This document shows, piece after piece, positions 9,762 to 18,605 of a DNA stretch of 64,000 bases. A model generated the notes under the pieces. That model was not told the DNA's origin, did not search any database, and saw only the letters and a program-made list of their open reading frames with translations. The stretch is from the NCBI GenBank assembly GCA_963422525.1, contig OY730226.1, positions 2,261,813 to 2,325,812 of the forward strand, given 5' to 3'. A program made the position numbers and the translations under genes. Numbering within the stretch: position 1 is the stretch's first letter; each line of letters opens with the position of its first letter. The stretch comes from Dehalococcoidia bacterium. Lineage in GTDB: Bacteria; Chloroflexota; Dehalococcoidia; Lucifugimonadales; JADFKI01.

Positions 9762-11168
9762 CTACGCATACTGATAATCTCTGAGCGATACGACCAACTG
9801 AAGCATCTCGCTGATTCGCATTGTGGTGAACTCTGCGTCCTTATCGGTATCCCACTTCAAGTTGCCGTCTATTTCGGCGTGGTCAATCAGCTCCTGCCGC
9901 GTTGCCGCGTCAAGGTCGAGCGGCCCCATAAGATCCAGGCAAGTGTCCACGAACTCGGCGGCGGATAGGTTTCCGCCTTCTCGCAGCCTGCTTACGATGG
10001 ACTGCACGCCCGGCAGCGATGTGTCTCCCACCAAATCGGCAACGAAGTTGATGCGGCGCATCAGCGAGCCGCTGTTAATCCACTCACGACCGGTGTGCCA
10101 ACCCTCCACGCTCGGCGGGTTCAGCACCTCCTGTCCCATATAGCCCATCTGCCTGCCGAGATTGCCGATGCCCGGCGCTGGAAACTCGTGCCCGCCTACG
10201 AAGCGTAGCGTACTCACCACGACCTCCACAGGGCTTTTGATGCGTGTGAAGCGCGCTTCCTTGAAGAAGTCGGAGTTGAACAGCGTCCGCAGCACAGACC
10301 GCATATCGTACTCGGACTCGACGAAAGCGTCTGCGATAGTCTGTATCGCCTCGGGATCGCCAGGAGCGACGCGCTGCCACGCCGGCACCTGCGCCTCGTC
10401 CGAAACGAAGAAGTTATACAGGTGGCGTGCGATGAAGCGCGCAGTAGCGGGCTGCTGGCAGATGATGTCTATGATGTCTTCGCCGTTGAAGTTGCCCGTA
10501 TAGCCTAAGAACGATTTTTCGTCCTCGTCGTGGTCGTCGTCGCGGTACTCGAACTCCCAGTCGAAGCGCCCCATCGGGAAGCGCGGCAGCTTCGGCATTA
10601 TCGTCCAGCCCGTGAAAGCGCGCGAGCACTCGAAGACGTCCTCTTCCGTATAATTGCCCACGCCCATGCTGAACAGCTCCAGCAGCTCGCGCCCCCAGTT
10701 CTCGTTGGGTGCATCGGCGTGGTTCTCGTTGTTGTCCAGCCAGTAAATCATCGCCGGGTTCTGAGCAATCTCCATCAATATCCGCTTGTAGCTTCCCATC
10801 CCCTTATCCCGCAGCATATCCACCATATCCTGGATCTCGTCCCAGTGGTCAACCTTGGAGACGCCGGTGGCGAATATGCCGTGCCAGAACACCGCCATCT
10901 TCTCTTGCAGCGGCGCTTTCGTATTGACCATGTGATACAGCCAAGTCGCATGTCCCGTGCCTTGGATCGTGCCGGGCTTCCACGACCACGGATGGTAGCG
11001 CAACAGCTCATACCTATCCACCGGCTCTTGAGCCTCAGGGTTGAGCAGCTCTTCCACCGTCGCCTCGTAGCCCTTGGCGACATACGCCTCCAGATTTTCG
11101 CGCGTCGCTCCGAACCCAGCGCGCCGCATCAGGTGCGCCATCAATGCAATCTCGTCTTGGTGGGCCAT
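9762..11168 (-). CDS. DUF1800 domain protein
   Basis: N-terminus HLMRRAGFGATRENLE is the characteristic DUF1800 opening. WLDNNENH and NENWGRELLELFSMGVGNYTE are also present. GAGGAGG lies upstream of the ATG. It sits immediately upstream of DUF1501, the classic pairing. Confidence 0.8.
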   Translation of the reverse strand: MAHQDEIALMAHLMRRAGFGATRENLEAYVAKGYEATVEELLNPEAQEPVDRYELLRYHPWSWKPGTIQGTGHATWLYHMVNTKAPLQEKMAVFWHGIFATGVSKVDHWDEIQDMVDMLRDKGMGSYKRILMEIAQNPAMIYWLDNNENHADAPNENWGRELLELFSMGVGNYTEEDVFECSRAFTGWTIMPKLPRFPMGRFDWEFEYRDDDHDEDEKSFLGYTGNFNGEDIIDIICQQPATARFIARHLYNFFVSDEAQVPAWQRVAPGDPEAIQTIADAFVESEYDMRSVLRTLFNSDFFKEARFTRIKSPVEVVVSTLRFVGGHEFPAPGIGNLGRQMGYMGQEVLNPPSVEGWHTGREWINSGSLMRRINFVADLVGDTSLPGVQSIVSRLREGGNLSAAEFVDTCLDLMGPLDLDAATRQELIDHAEIDGNLKWDTDKDAEFTTMRISEMLQLVVSLRDYQYA

Positions 11169-11403
11169 TATGCTGCCTCCTCATCGAAATGCGTCCATTT
11201 CAGATACGCTTTTCAGCTCGTCATGTTTCAACGATAATTATTTCGCGCTTTTCGCCTAATTTAGTAGGGTTTCAATATATGAACCAACGCATATTGTGTC
11301 AACCCTAAATAAACGGCAATTTCTATTGATTAGGCAGCTCAAAGCGATAAAGGGCTGCTTACAGATCGTTCGTCGTCCATCTTGTTCGTCGTCCATTCGC
11401 TTC

Positions 11404-11433
11404 TTGTACATCCCTGTCAGCCCCTCGTATAAT
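11404..11433 (+). promoter_or_regulatory. sigma70-like promoter candidate for the SDR gene
   Basis: TTGTAC (11404-11409), an 18-nt spacer, then TATAAT (11428-11433), about 43 nt upstream of the ATG at 11476. Confidence 0.35.
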
Positions 11434-11475
11434 TCCCGCAAGCGCACATAGGGCAAACAGGGAGGTACGGGCATA

Positions 11476-12231
11476 ATGACAGAAGAAACAAAGCGCCAAT
11501 TGCAAGGCAAGGTCGCAGTCGTTACGGGTGCGGGCAGGGGCATCGGCAGGGCGATTGCCGTAGGTTTCGCCGGCGAGGGCGCATCCGTGTGCTGCGCCGC
11601 GCGCACCAGCGCCGAGATAGAAGACACAGCGCGACAGATCACAAGCGCCGGCGGTAAGGCGATCGCCGTCCGGACGGATGTGACGCAGCCCGACGATGTA
11701 GAGCGCATGCACAAAACAGCCGCAGAACAGTTCGGCGGCATCGACATCGTCGTCGTGAATGCCGGGGGCAACCTAGAGCGCAGCCGCGTCGAAGACAGCG
11801 ATCCCGACGCATGGACAGCCACTATAGATCTCAACCTCAAGGGCGCTTACTACACCGCCAAGAGCGCCATCCCCTACCTCAAGCGGCGCGGCGGCGGCAA
11901 GATAATCACTATAGGCTCCGGCATCGGACACAACGGGCGCGTCAGTTCGTCCGCATACGCCTGCGCCAAGGCAGGACTTTGGATGCTGACCCGCGTGCTT
12001 GCCCAGGAGCTATGGGAGCGCAATATCAGCGTCAATGAGCTTGTACCCGGCCCCGTCGCCACCCCCGGCGCAACCGCCGCATGGCAGCAGGAAGAAAATA
12101 GCGTCAACACTATCGACAGCGAGTGGGTAAAACAGTCAGAGGATGTGCTGCCACTAGCCCTCTTCCTAGCCACTCAACCCGACAAGGGACCAACCTCTCA
12201 AAGCTTCAGCCTCATGCGACGCGACGCTTAA
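11476..12231 (+). CDS. SDR family oxidoreductase
   Basis: Cofactor motif VVTGAGRGIGRAIA, NAG, and catalytic YxxxK (YACAKAG). 251 aa. Confidence 0.9.
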   Translation: MTEETKRQLQGKVAVVTGAGRGIGRAIAVGFAGEGASVCCAARTSAEIEDTARQITSAGGKAIAVRTDVTQPDDVERMHKTAAEQFGGIDIVVVNAGGNLERSRVEDSDPDAWTATIDLNLKGAYYTAKSAIPYLKRRGGGKIITIGSGIGHNGRVSSSAYACAKAGLWMLTRVLAQELWERNISVNELVPGPVATPGATAAWQQEENSVNTIDSEWVKQSEDVLPLALFLATQPDKGPTSQSFSLMRRDA

Positions 12232-12476
12232 ACAACTCAACCCTATTCTCTCTGATATTAGCGAAGGATACAGTCTGTATATCCTGTCAATGGATGTTAT
12301 CCCCCCCGCATCCATTATTTGTATCTGCTATCTGTATCTGCATTGCCGCTTATCTCATATCAATTGACTTACCACAACTATAACCGCATAATTGCGATAG
12401 CATCTATCAGAGTTCTCAGATTAAATTAAAGGTTAAAGACAGTTTAATTTCAGGGAAATAATAAGGAGTTTAAGGT

Positions 12477-14333
12477 ATGGGTCGTTTTGCCAACAGAAAG
12501 AAACATCTCTCATGGCTATTGCCGTTAGCGTCTATAATTGTCATCGTCGGACTAGCTTGTTCCAGTCCGGCGCCTGTGCAACAGCCTGCGCCGCAGCAAG
12601 CGCCCGTGCAGCAGCAGCCCGCAGTACTGGCGCCCGCTCCGGCAGCGTCCGCGGCGCTCCCCGCAAAGCCCGCGGCGCCCGCTCCGGCGGCGCCCGCCGC
12701 GGCCCCGGCAGCGGTGCGAGCCCTACCCACCCCCCAATCGCCGCAACTCGCGCCTGTCCCGTCTGAACAACCCAGACGCTCAACAGCACAAGCATCGCCC
12801 GAAGGCCCTCAATTCGGTGGGACACTGCGCATTGTGGCATCCGGCAGCATTCAGTCATTCGATCCACTATGGACGACCGCCTCAGGTACGGGAAATGTGT
12901 CCAACACTATCCTCGAAGGGCTATTCGAGTACACCAGCGACTACGGCATTGCGCCTCTGCTGGTTGAAAGCTGGGAGAGCAGCTCGGACAACCTGTCATG
13001 GAACTTCAAGATACGCGAAGGCGTCAAGTTTCACGACGGCACGCCCCTTACGACCGAACAGGTTCGCGGGACTTTGAGCCGCCAAAAGGACAGAGCGCCC
13101 ATATTGAGGCTCGTTCGCAACGAGTTTGGCGCCGGCTCCGGGGAATTCGAAGAGTTCTTCACGGTCAACGACGATTTCAATTTCACCCTGAACCTCAAAG
13201 AGGCAACGGGTCTTGCCATTGACGCTATAGGGCCTCAAGGGTTCGGCCCCCGCCTAGTAACCGCCGACTGGTACGAAAACTACACGGCTAACGAATCAGC
13301 GGAAGGCCCTCCCAATGGCACAGGCCCCTTCATATTCGAAGAGTGGCTCCCAGGCGACCGCTGGAGCGCCGTAAGATACGAAGACTACAGCCCGCATCCC
13401 AGCGCCGCTAACGGTACATCGGGCGGTCATACCGCTTATGTTGACAGGATGATCTATATCGAGGTGCCCGACCAGACCACTCGCGTAGCGGCGCTGCAGA
13501 CGCGAGAGGTTCATATAGTCCAAGAGTTCCCCGCCGAACTGCTGTCCCGACTGGATGCAGACCCTGGCGTAGCCCTTTACGACAACCCGCCATTCAGACT
13601 TTTGGGACACTTCAATCATGTACGGCCGCCATTTGACAACAAGCTGGCTCGCCAGGCTGTCATCAAGGCATACGACAACCAAAAGGCGTTGACTCTAGCA
13701 ACCGGCGATCCCGCATTCACGCGCCTGTGCCCTTCACTACTTCAGTGCGAAACCAAATGGGAAACCACATCAGGCTCCGACGGCTTCTACTACGCGCAAA
13801 ACCTTGAAGAAGCCAAGCAGCTACTGGAAGAGGCGGGCGTAACAGGCGCGTCTGTGCGCCTTATGGACCCCGCCGACAGGCAGCCCGCTCACGCCGCCGC
13901 TCAAGTCAGCCGTGAAGTGCTTACCGCCCTAGGCTTCGACGTGGACTTTCAGGTTATGGACTGGGCAACAATGGTCTCCCAGCGCGCCCGTCCAGACGAC
14001 TGGGAGTTCTTCCATACATGGAGCGGCGTTACCGTCAGGTCGGGCCCCGTAGGGCATCTGCTGTTCTCCGAACTTCAATACGACGCCTGGTTCAATAACT
14101 ACCAAGACACCACCAACAAACAACGCGATATATACTCTCGATTAGCGCGAGCCACCACTGAGGAAGAGCAAATAGCGTTAAACAACGAGTTCCATGAGCA
14201 CTTCTACGAGGACGCCATATTCCTGCAAGTAGGTGAATTCTTCAGCCGCTGGGCAGCCAGTACTGAAGTTCAAGGAATCAACAACGGCGGGTCAGCTCAG
14301 CAAAAGCCCTTCGACAAGTGGCTCATCGACTAG
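12477..14333 (+). CDS. ABC transporter substrate-binding lipoprotein, family 5 (peptide/nickel, DppA/OppA-like)
   Basis: Signal peptide ending in a lipobox-like GLAC, then an Ala/Pro/Gln-rich linker of about 85 aa, then GGTLRIVASGSIQSFDP..., typical of SBP family 5. AAGGAG lies upstream of the ATG. Confidence 0.85.
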   Translation: MGRFANRKKHLSWLLPLASIIVIVGLACSSPAPVQQPAPQQAPVQQQPAVLAPAPAASAALPAKPAAPAPAAPAAAPAAVRALPTPQSPQLAPVPSEQPRRSTAQASPEGPQFGGTLRIVASGSIQSFDPLWTTASGTGNVSNTILEGLFEYTSDYGIAPLLVESWESSSDNLSWNFKIREGVKFHDGTPLTTEQVRGTLSRQKDRAPILRLVRNEFGAGSGEFEEFFTVNDDFNFTLNLKEATGLAIDAIGPQGFGPRLVTADWYENYTANESAEGPPNGTGPFIFEEWLPGDRWSAVRYEDYSPHPSAANGTSGGHTAYVDRMIYIEVPDQTTRVAALQTREVHIVQEFPAELLSRLDADPGVALYDNPPFRLLGHFNHVRPPFDNKLARQAVIKAYDNQKALTLATGDPAFTRLCPSLLQCETKWETTSGSDGFYYAQNLEEAKQLLEEAGVTGASVRLMDPADRQPAHAAAQVSREVLTALGFDVDFQVMDWATMVSQRARPDDWEFFHTWSGVTVRSGPVGHLLFSELQYDAWFNNYQDTTNKQRDIYSRLARATTEEEQIALNNEFHEHFYEDAIFLQVGEFFSRWAASTEVQGINNGGSAQQKPFDKWLID

Positions 14334-14366
14334 CCACAAGTCTTTCGCTCGCCAAAGCAATCTTAC

Positions 14367-14392
14367 GGGGGCAGTTTTTGAAAGCTGCCCCC
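14367..14392 (+). promoter_or_regulatory. intercistronic stem-loop between the SBP and permease genes
   Basis: Perfect 8-bp stem GGGGGCAG / CTGCCCCC with a 10-nt loop. There is no following U-tract, so it looks like an mRNA-stabilising or attenuating hairpin rather than a canonical terminator. Confidence 0.4.
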
Positions 14393-14466
14393 ACTCCCCC
14401 GAAAGCGCTAATGCCACCACATACCCACACCTCGAATCGCACAAATAAAGGAGCGTAACTCGACGG

Positions 14467-15408
14467 ATGTGGCGCTACACACTGGTTCGTATCCTATCAG
14501 CCATACCCGTCATAGCCGTTGTTGGAATAATCACCTTTTCCATAATCCACATCGCGCCGGGAGACCCCGCGGCGATTATCGGCGGTGATGAAGCCACGGT
14601 AGAAGACCTCCAGCGAATTCGCGCGGAACTAGGCACCGACCAGCCCATCCATATACAGTTCATTAGGTGGATTTCACGCCTGGCGCAAGGCGACCTCGGC
14701 ACCTCCATATTCTCCAGAAAATCGATAACCGAGCTCATGGCTCCCCGCCTACAGCCCACCCTCTCCCTAGGAATTCAAGTCGTACTCCTATCCACCCTGC
14801 TCGGCATATCCATCGGCATCTTATCGGCGTGGAAAGCCGGCACACCAATAGACCGCGGCTTTATGTTCTTCGCAGTTCTCGGCTTCTCAGCCCCCGGCTT
14901 CTGGCTAGCGTTCATCCTTATATGGGGCCTGTCCGTAAACCTACGGTGGTTCCCTGCCCTAGGATACAGCCCCATCGGCGACGGACTGCTGACGCATCTA
15001 CACAGTATGTTCCTCCCCGTAGCGGTCAACAGCATTCTGTCATCAGCTTTCATCTCAAGAATCACTCGTTCCGCTATGCTAGATGTCCTCCAAGAAGATT
15101 ATGTCAGGACCGCACGCGCAAAAGGACTGCGAGAGTTAGTTGTGTTTCTGCGCCACGCATTCCGTCCCGCCTCAATACCCGTCGTAACAGTAATCGGCGC
15201 GTCTATGGCAAGCCTCGCCACAGGCTTTGTCGTTACGGAGTCCATTTTCGCCATCCCTGGACTTGGAAGAATGCTGATCGAGGCAATCATACGCCGTGAC
15301 TTCCCTATAATCCAGGCGATGATGATGGTCGTAGCGACCGCTTATGTGCTAATAAATCTAGTTATCGACATCTTATACGCCTACCTTGATCCGAGGATTC
15401 GCTACTAA
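14467..15408 (+). CDS. ABC transporter permease (DppB/OppB-like)
   Basis: 313 aa, multi-pass membrane protein, with the conserved DYVRTARAKGL motif of this permease family. Confidence 0.9.
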   Translation: MWRYTLVRILSAIPVIAVVGIITFSIIHIAPGDPAAIIGGDEATVEDLQRIRAELGTDQPIHIQFIRWISRLAQGDLGTSIFSRKSITELMAPRLQPTLSLGIQVVLLSTLLGISIGILSAWKAGTPIDRGFMFFAVLGFSAPGFWLAFILIWGLSVNLRWFPALGYSPIGDGLLTHLHSMFLPVAVNSILSSAFISRITRSAMLDVLQEDYVRTARAKGLRELVVFLRHAFRPASIPVVTVIGASMASLATGFVVTESIFAIPGLGRMLIEAIIRRDFPIIQAMMMVVATAYVLINLVIDILYAYLDPRIRY

Positions 15409-16310
15409 TGCGCACGCAACAAGAACAGCCGACAATCAGGCTTGCGCCGAGCGCGAGCATGCGCATACGCCGCTTCTTCAATGCATTCCTGCTGATAACG
15501 CGCGGAAATCCCAATGTGTTGCTGGGCGTGATAATACTGGCGATAATCTTGCTCATCACCATATTCGCCCCGCTGATTGTGCGCTCCGACTACACACAAA
15601 CCACCACTGACCTGAGACTCCCTCCGTCTTCTGAACACTGGTTCGGCACGGACGCCTTCGGCAGGGATGTCTTCGACAGGGTAATCGCCGGTAGCCGCGT
15701 TTCGCTCTATGTAGGCTTTGCGGTAACCACCATATCAGTAGTTCTCGGACTCATCATCGCCCTCTTCGCCGGATACTTCCGCATCCTAGACCATGTGGTG
15801 ATGCGTTTCGTCGACGGCTTGCTCGCCTTTCCAACTATACTCCTAGCGCTCGCGCTCATAGCTCTGCTCGGAGGAAGCGTCAACAATGTCATCATAGCCT
15901 TATCGGTTACAGGCACAGCAAGCAAAGTGCGGTTGGTGCGAGGTCAGGTCTTGAGTCTGCGGGAAGAGCAATTCGTCGAGGCAGCAAGGGCTGTCGGTTC
16001 TCCGGTGTGGCGCATACTGTTCATACATATCGCGCCCAACACATTCGGCGTCGTGATAGTGCAAGCCACTTTCACGCTCGCAACCGCAATCCTCGCCGAA
16101 GCAAGCCTTAGCTTTTTAGGAGCGGGCGTGCCCGAATTCATCCCTACTTGGGGCAACATCGTCGCAACCGGCAAAGGCTATGTGCAGGTCGCGTTCTGGA
16201 TTTCATTCTTCCCCGGAGTGTTTCTCACATTGACGGTTCTCGCCGTCGTTCTCATCGGTGACGCCCTGCGCGACTACCTCGACCCCAAGCTCAGAGGACA
16301 GTTCCTCTAG
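15408..16310 (+). CDS. ABC transporter permease (DppC/OppC-like)
   Basis: 300 aa, with EEQFVEAARAVGS and GTDAFGRDVF motifs. Its start overlaps the upstream stop (TAATG). Confidence 0.9.
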   Translation: MRTQQEQPTIRLAPSASMRIRRFFNAFLLITRGNPNVLLGVIILAIILLITIFAPLIVRSDYTQTTTDLRLPPSSEHWFGTDAFGRDVFDRVIAGSRVSLYVGFAVTTISVVLGLIIALFAGYFRILDHVVMRFVDGLLAFPTILLALALIALLGGSVNNVIIALSVTGTASKVRLVRGQVLSLREEQFVEAARAVGSPVWRILFIHIAPNTFGVVIVQATFTLATAILAEASLSFLGAGVPEFIPTWGNIVATGKGYVQVAFWISFFPGVFLTLTVLAVVLIGDALRDYLDPKLRGQFL

Positions 16311-16328
16311 CCAATTCAAGCGGGCAAC

Positions 16329-17021
16329 TCAACACAGCGAAGTTGCAGAGCCTTCTTCTATCGCAGAAAGACTGCTCCACTCAACCGAAATCCCGAACGC
16401 GCGCCCAAACGCCTGCGTCATCGCTTGCGCCGCGTCAGCCACCGCAACTTCGCTCCCAATCTCCTGCGCCATAGAAGTAACGCGCCCGTCCGCCATGCCG
16501 CACGGCACAATGTGATCGAAGAACGACAGATCCGGGCAAACATTAAGCGCGAAGCCGTGCATAGTCACATGGCGACTTACGCGCACGCCGATAGCGGCAA
16601 TTTTCGCGTCCGCGACCCATACGCCAGTGGGCTTGCCATCACTGTGAGCGGCAATGCCATACTCGGCGAGCGCGCCAATAATCGCCCGCTCCAAAGTCTC
16701 AATATACCTGCGGACGCCACCGCCCCACCGTCGCAGGTCGACGATTGGATAACCGACCAGCTGCCCCGGCCCGTGATAAGTCGTCTCTCCACCCCTGTCC
16801 GTAACATACATCTTCACGCCCAGCCGCCTGAGCGCATCATCGCCCACAAGAATATCCGCACGCCGCCCTCTGCGCCCCAGCGTATAAATATGCGGATGCT
16901 CCAGCAGCAACAACGTATCCGGCAATTCCCCGCCGGCAACCAGTCCATGCAACCGCCGCTGCAAACCATAAGCAGCTTGAAAATCGAGCATGCCAGGCTG
17001 TATGACAAGGCAGGGGTTCAT
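16329..17021 (-). CDS. lipB: lipoyl(octanoyl) transferase
   Basis: 230 aa with DTLLLLEHPHIYTLGRRG, TDRGGETTYHGPGQLVGYPI and KIAAIGVRV, matching LipB. Confidence 0.9.
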   Translation of the reverse strand: MNPCLVIQPGMLDFQAAYGLQRRLHGLVAGGELPDTLLLLEHPHIYTLGRRGRRADILVGDDALRRLGVKMYVTDRGGETTYHGPGQLVGYPIVDLRRWGGGVRRYIETLERAIIGALAEYGIAAHSDGKPTGVWVADAKIAAIGVRVSRHVTMHGFALNVCPDLSFFDHIVPCGMADGRVTSMAQEIGSEVAVADAAQAMTQAFGRAFGISVEWSSLSAIEEGSATSLC

Positions 17022-17232
17022 GGTTCATGCGTCCGTATCACCCAAAACGCCCCTAACGAAGATCTACGACAAACCTCTGATTTGCAAAATCTCTGTCAAC
17101 TGTAAATGCAGGAGAACGGCTAATATCAATGAGATTGGTTGGGCATCCGGCATTGGAGATCTTTCATCAACCCTTCCTATTTTCCCTTCCTATTTTCGCA
17201 TACCCATCCGTTACTCATAAGATAAGCGCATC

Positions 17233-18531
17233 CTAATATATCCCCGTCTCATTCGAAATCGCCTCTAGCCGCCGCTTGACGCCATTCGTGAACGCCGACG
17301 CCTCTGCGCCGTCCATGATGCGGTGATCGAAGGTGAGGCAAATGTTCATCATCGACCGAATGGCGATGGCGTCCCCAACCGCCACCGGGCGCTTGACCAC
17401 CGCCTCAGTCGTGAGGATTGCCGCCTGCGGATAGTTGATGATCGGCTGCGATGCCACAGATCCAAGCGCGCCTGTGTTGTTCACCGTGAATGTCCCCGAT
17501 TGCACATCCTCGATGCCAAGCCTGCCCTGCCGCGCGCGCGCCGTCAAATCCGACACGCGAACCGCTATACCCGCCACGCTCAGCGCATCGGCATCCCGCA
17601 GCGTCGGCACGACTAGCCCGTCCGGGGCAGCCACCGCGACGCCTACATTGATCCGTTTCTTCAAGACAATCGCGTCCTCGTCCCAAGACGAGTTGAGCAG
17701 TGGATTCTCCCGCAGCGACTCCGCGACCGCCTTAATGACAAAATGCAGATAAGTCAGGTTCACGCCCTCGCGACGCTGAAACTCGTCCTTCAACGCTTCT
17801 CGACGCCGCACCAGCCCGCTCACATCCACTTCCGTGATAGACCACGCCACCGGAATCTCAGACGCGCTGCGCTTCATATTCGCGGCAACCATGCGGCGGA
17901 GGGGCGTAAGCGGCAGGCGTTCTTCATCGGTGTCGGCTTGCGTATCAACAGGTGAAGCAGTAGATGCAGCCGTCTCCACCTGCGCCGCGCTGTATTCCAG
18001 CACATCCTTACGCGTTATGCGCCCATTGATGCCTGTGCCGCGCACCAGCGACAGGTCAATGCCCCGCTCACCGGCAAGCCGCTGCACCGCCGGCGAGTAG
18101 CGTCTACGTGGACGCGCATCCTCAGAAGATCCCTGATGAACGGCGTCTTGAGCGACGGGCACAGCCGCAGCGCCCGCGCCCGTCGGGCCCACAGGCGCTA
18201 CATCCTTCAGCAAAACGCCCGTGCGATCGATGCTCTGCGACAGTTCCGTAACATCGGAAGGCGACGACGCATCAGCGGATGGGTCAACGCCGGCGTCAAT
18301 ATCAGGTTCTATAGCGGCAATCGGCGCGCCCATCGAAACAGTCTGCCCTTCATCCGCCAGCAGATCGGTAATGACGCCAGCGACCGGCGACGGCATTTCC
18401 ATGCTCACCTTGTCCGTGAGCACCTCCACGAGCGCGTCGTACCTGTCCACATGGTCGCCAACCTGCTTCAGCCATTGCACGATTGTGCCCTCAGTAACCG
18501 ACTCTCCGACCTGCGGCAGTTGGATTATCAT
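17233..18531 (-). CDS. 2-oxoacid dehydrogenase E2 component (dihydrolipoamide acyltransferase)
   Basis: Lipoyl domain (LVEVLTDKVSMEMPSPVAG), E3/E1-binding domain (SPAVQRLAGERGIDLSLVRGTGINGRITRKDV) and catalytic DHRIMDG. Start trimmed to ATG 18531 (MIIQLPQVGE), which has AGGTGA upstream. Confidence 0.9.
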   Translation of the reverse strand: MIIQLPQVGESVTEGTIVQWLKQVGDHVDRYDALVEVLTDKVSMEMPSPVAGVITDLLADEGQTVSMGAPIAAIEPDIDAGVDPSADASSPSDVTELSQSIDRTGVLLKDVAPVGPTGAGAAAVPVAQDAVHQGSSEDARPRRRYSPAVQRLAGERGIDLSLVRGTGINGRITRKDVLEYSAAQVETAASTASPVDTQADTDEERLPLTPLRRMVAANMKRSASEIPVAWSITEVDVSGLVRRREALKDEFQRREGVNLTYLHFVIKAVAESLRENPLLNSSWDEDAIVLKKRINVGVAVAAPDGLVVPTLRDADALSVAGIAVRVSDLTARARQGRLGIEDVQSGTFTVNNTGALGSVASQPIINYPQAAILTTEAVVKRPVAVGDAIAIRSMMNICLTFDHRIMDGAEASAFTNGVKRRLEAISNETGIY

Positions 18532-18605
18532 CCGTTCACCTGACTCCATTGCCCCTGAAATACTGACTTCCCAAACATCCGAAACACTAACAAGCAATGC
18601 GCCTA

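Noticed and set aside
11256-11840. 194-aa minus-strand ORF overlapping the SDR gene
   Set aside because: It is antisense to a gene with clear SDR motifs. The sequence is low-complexity and Ser/Ala/Arg-rich with no SD.
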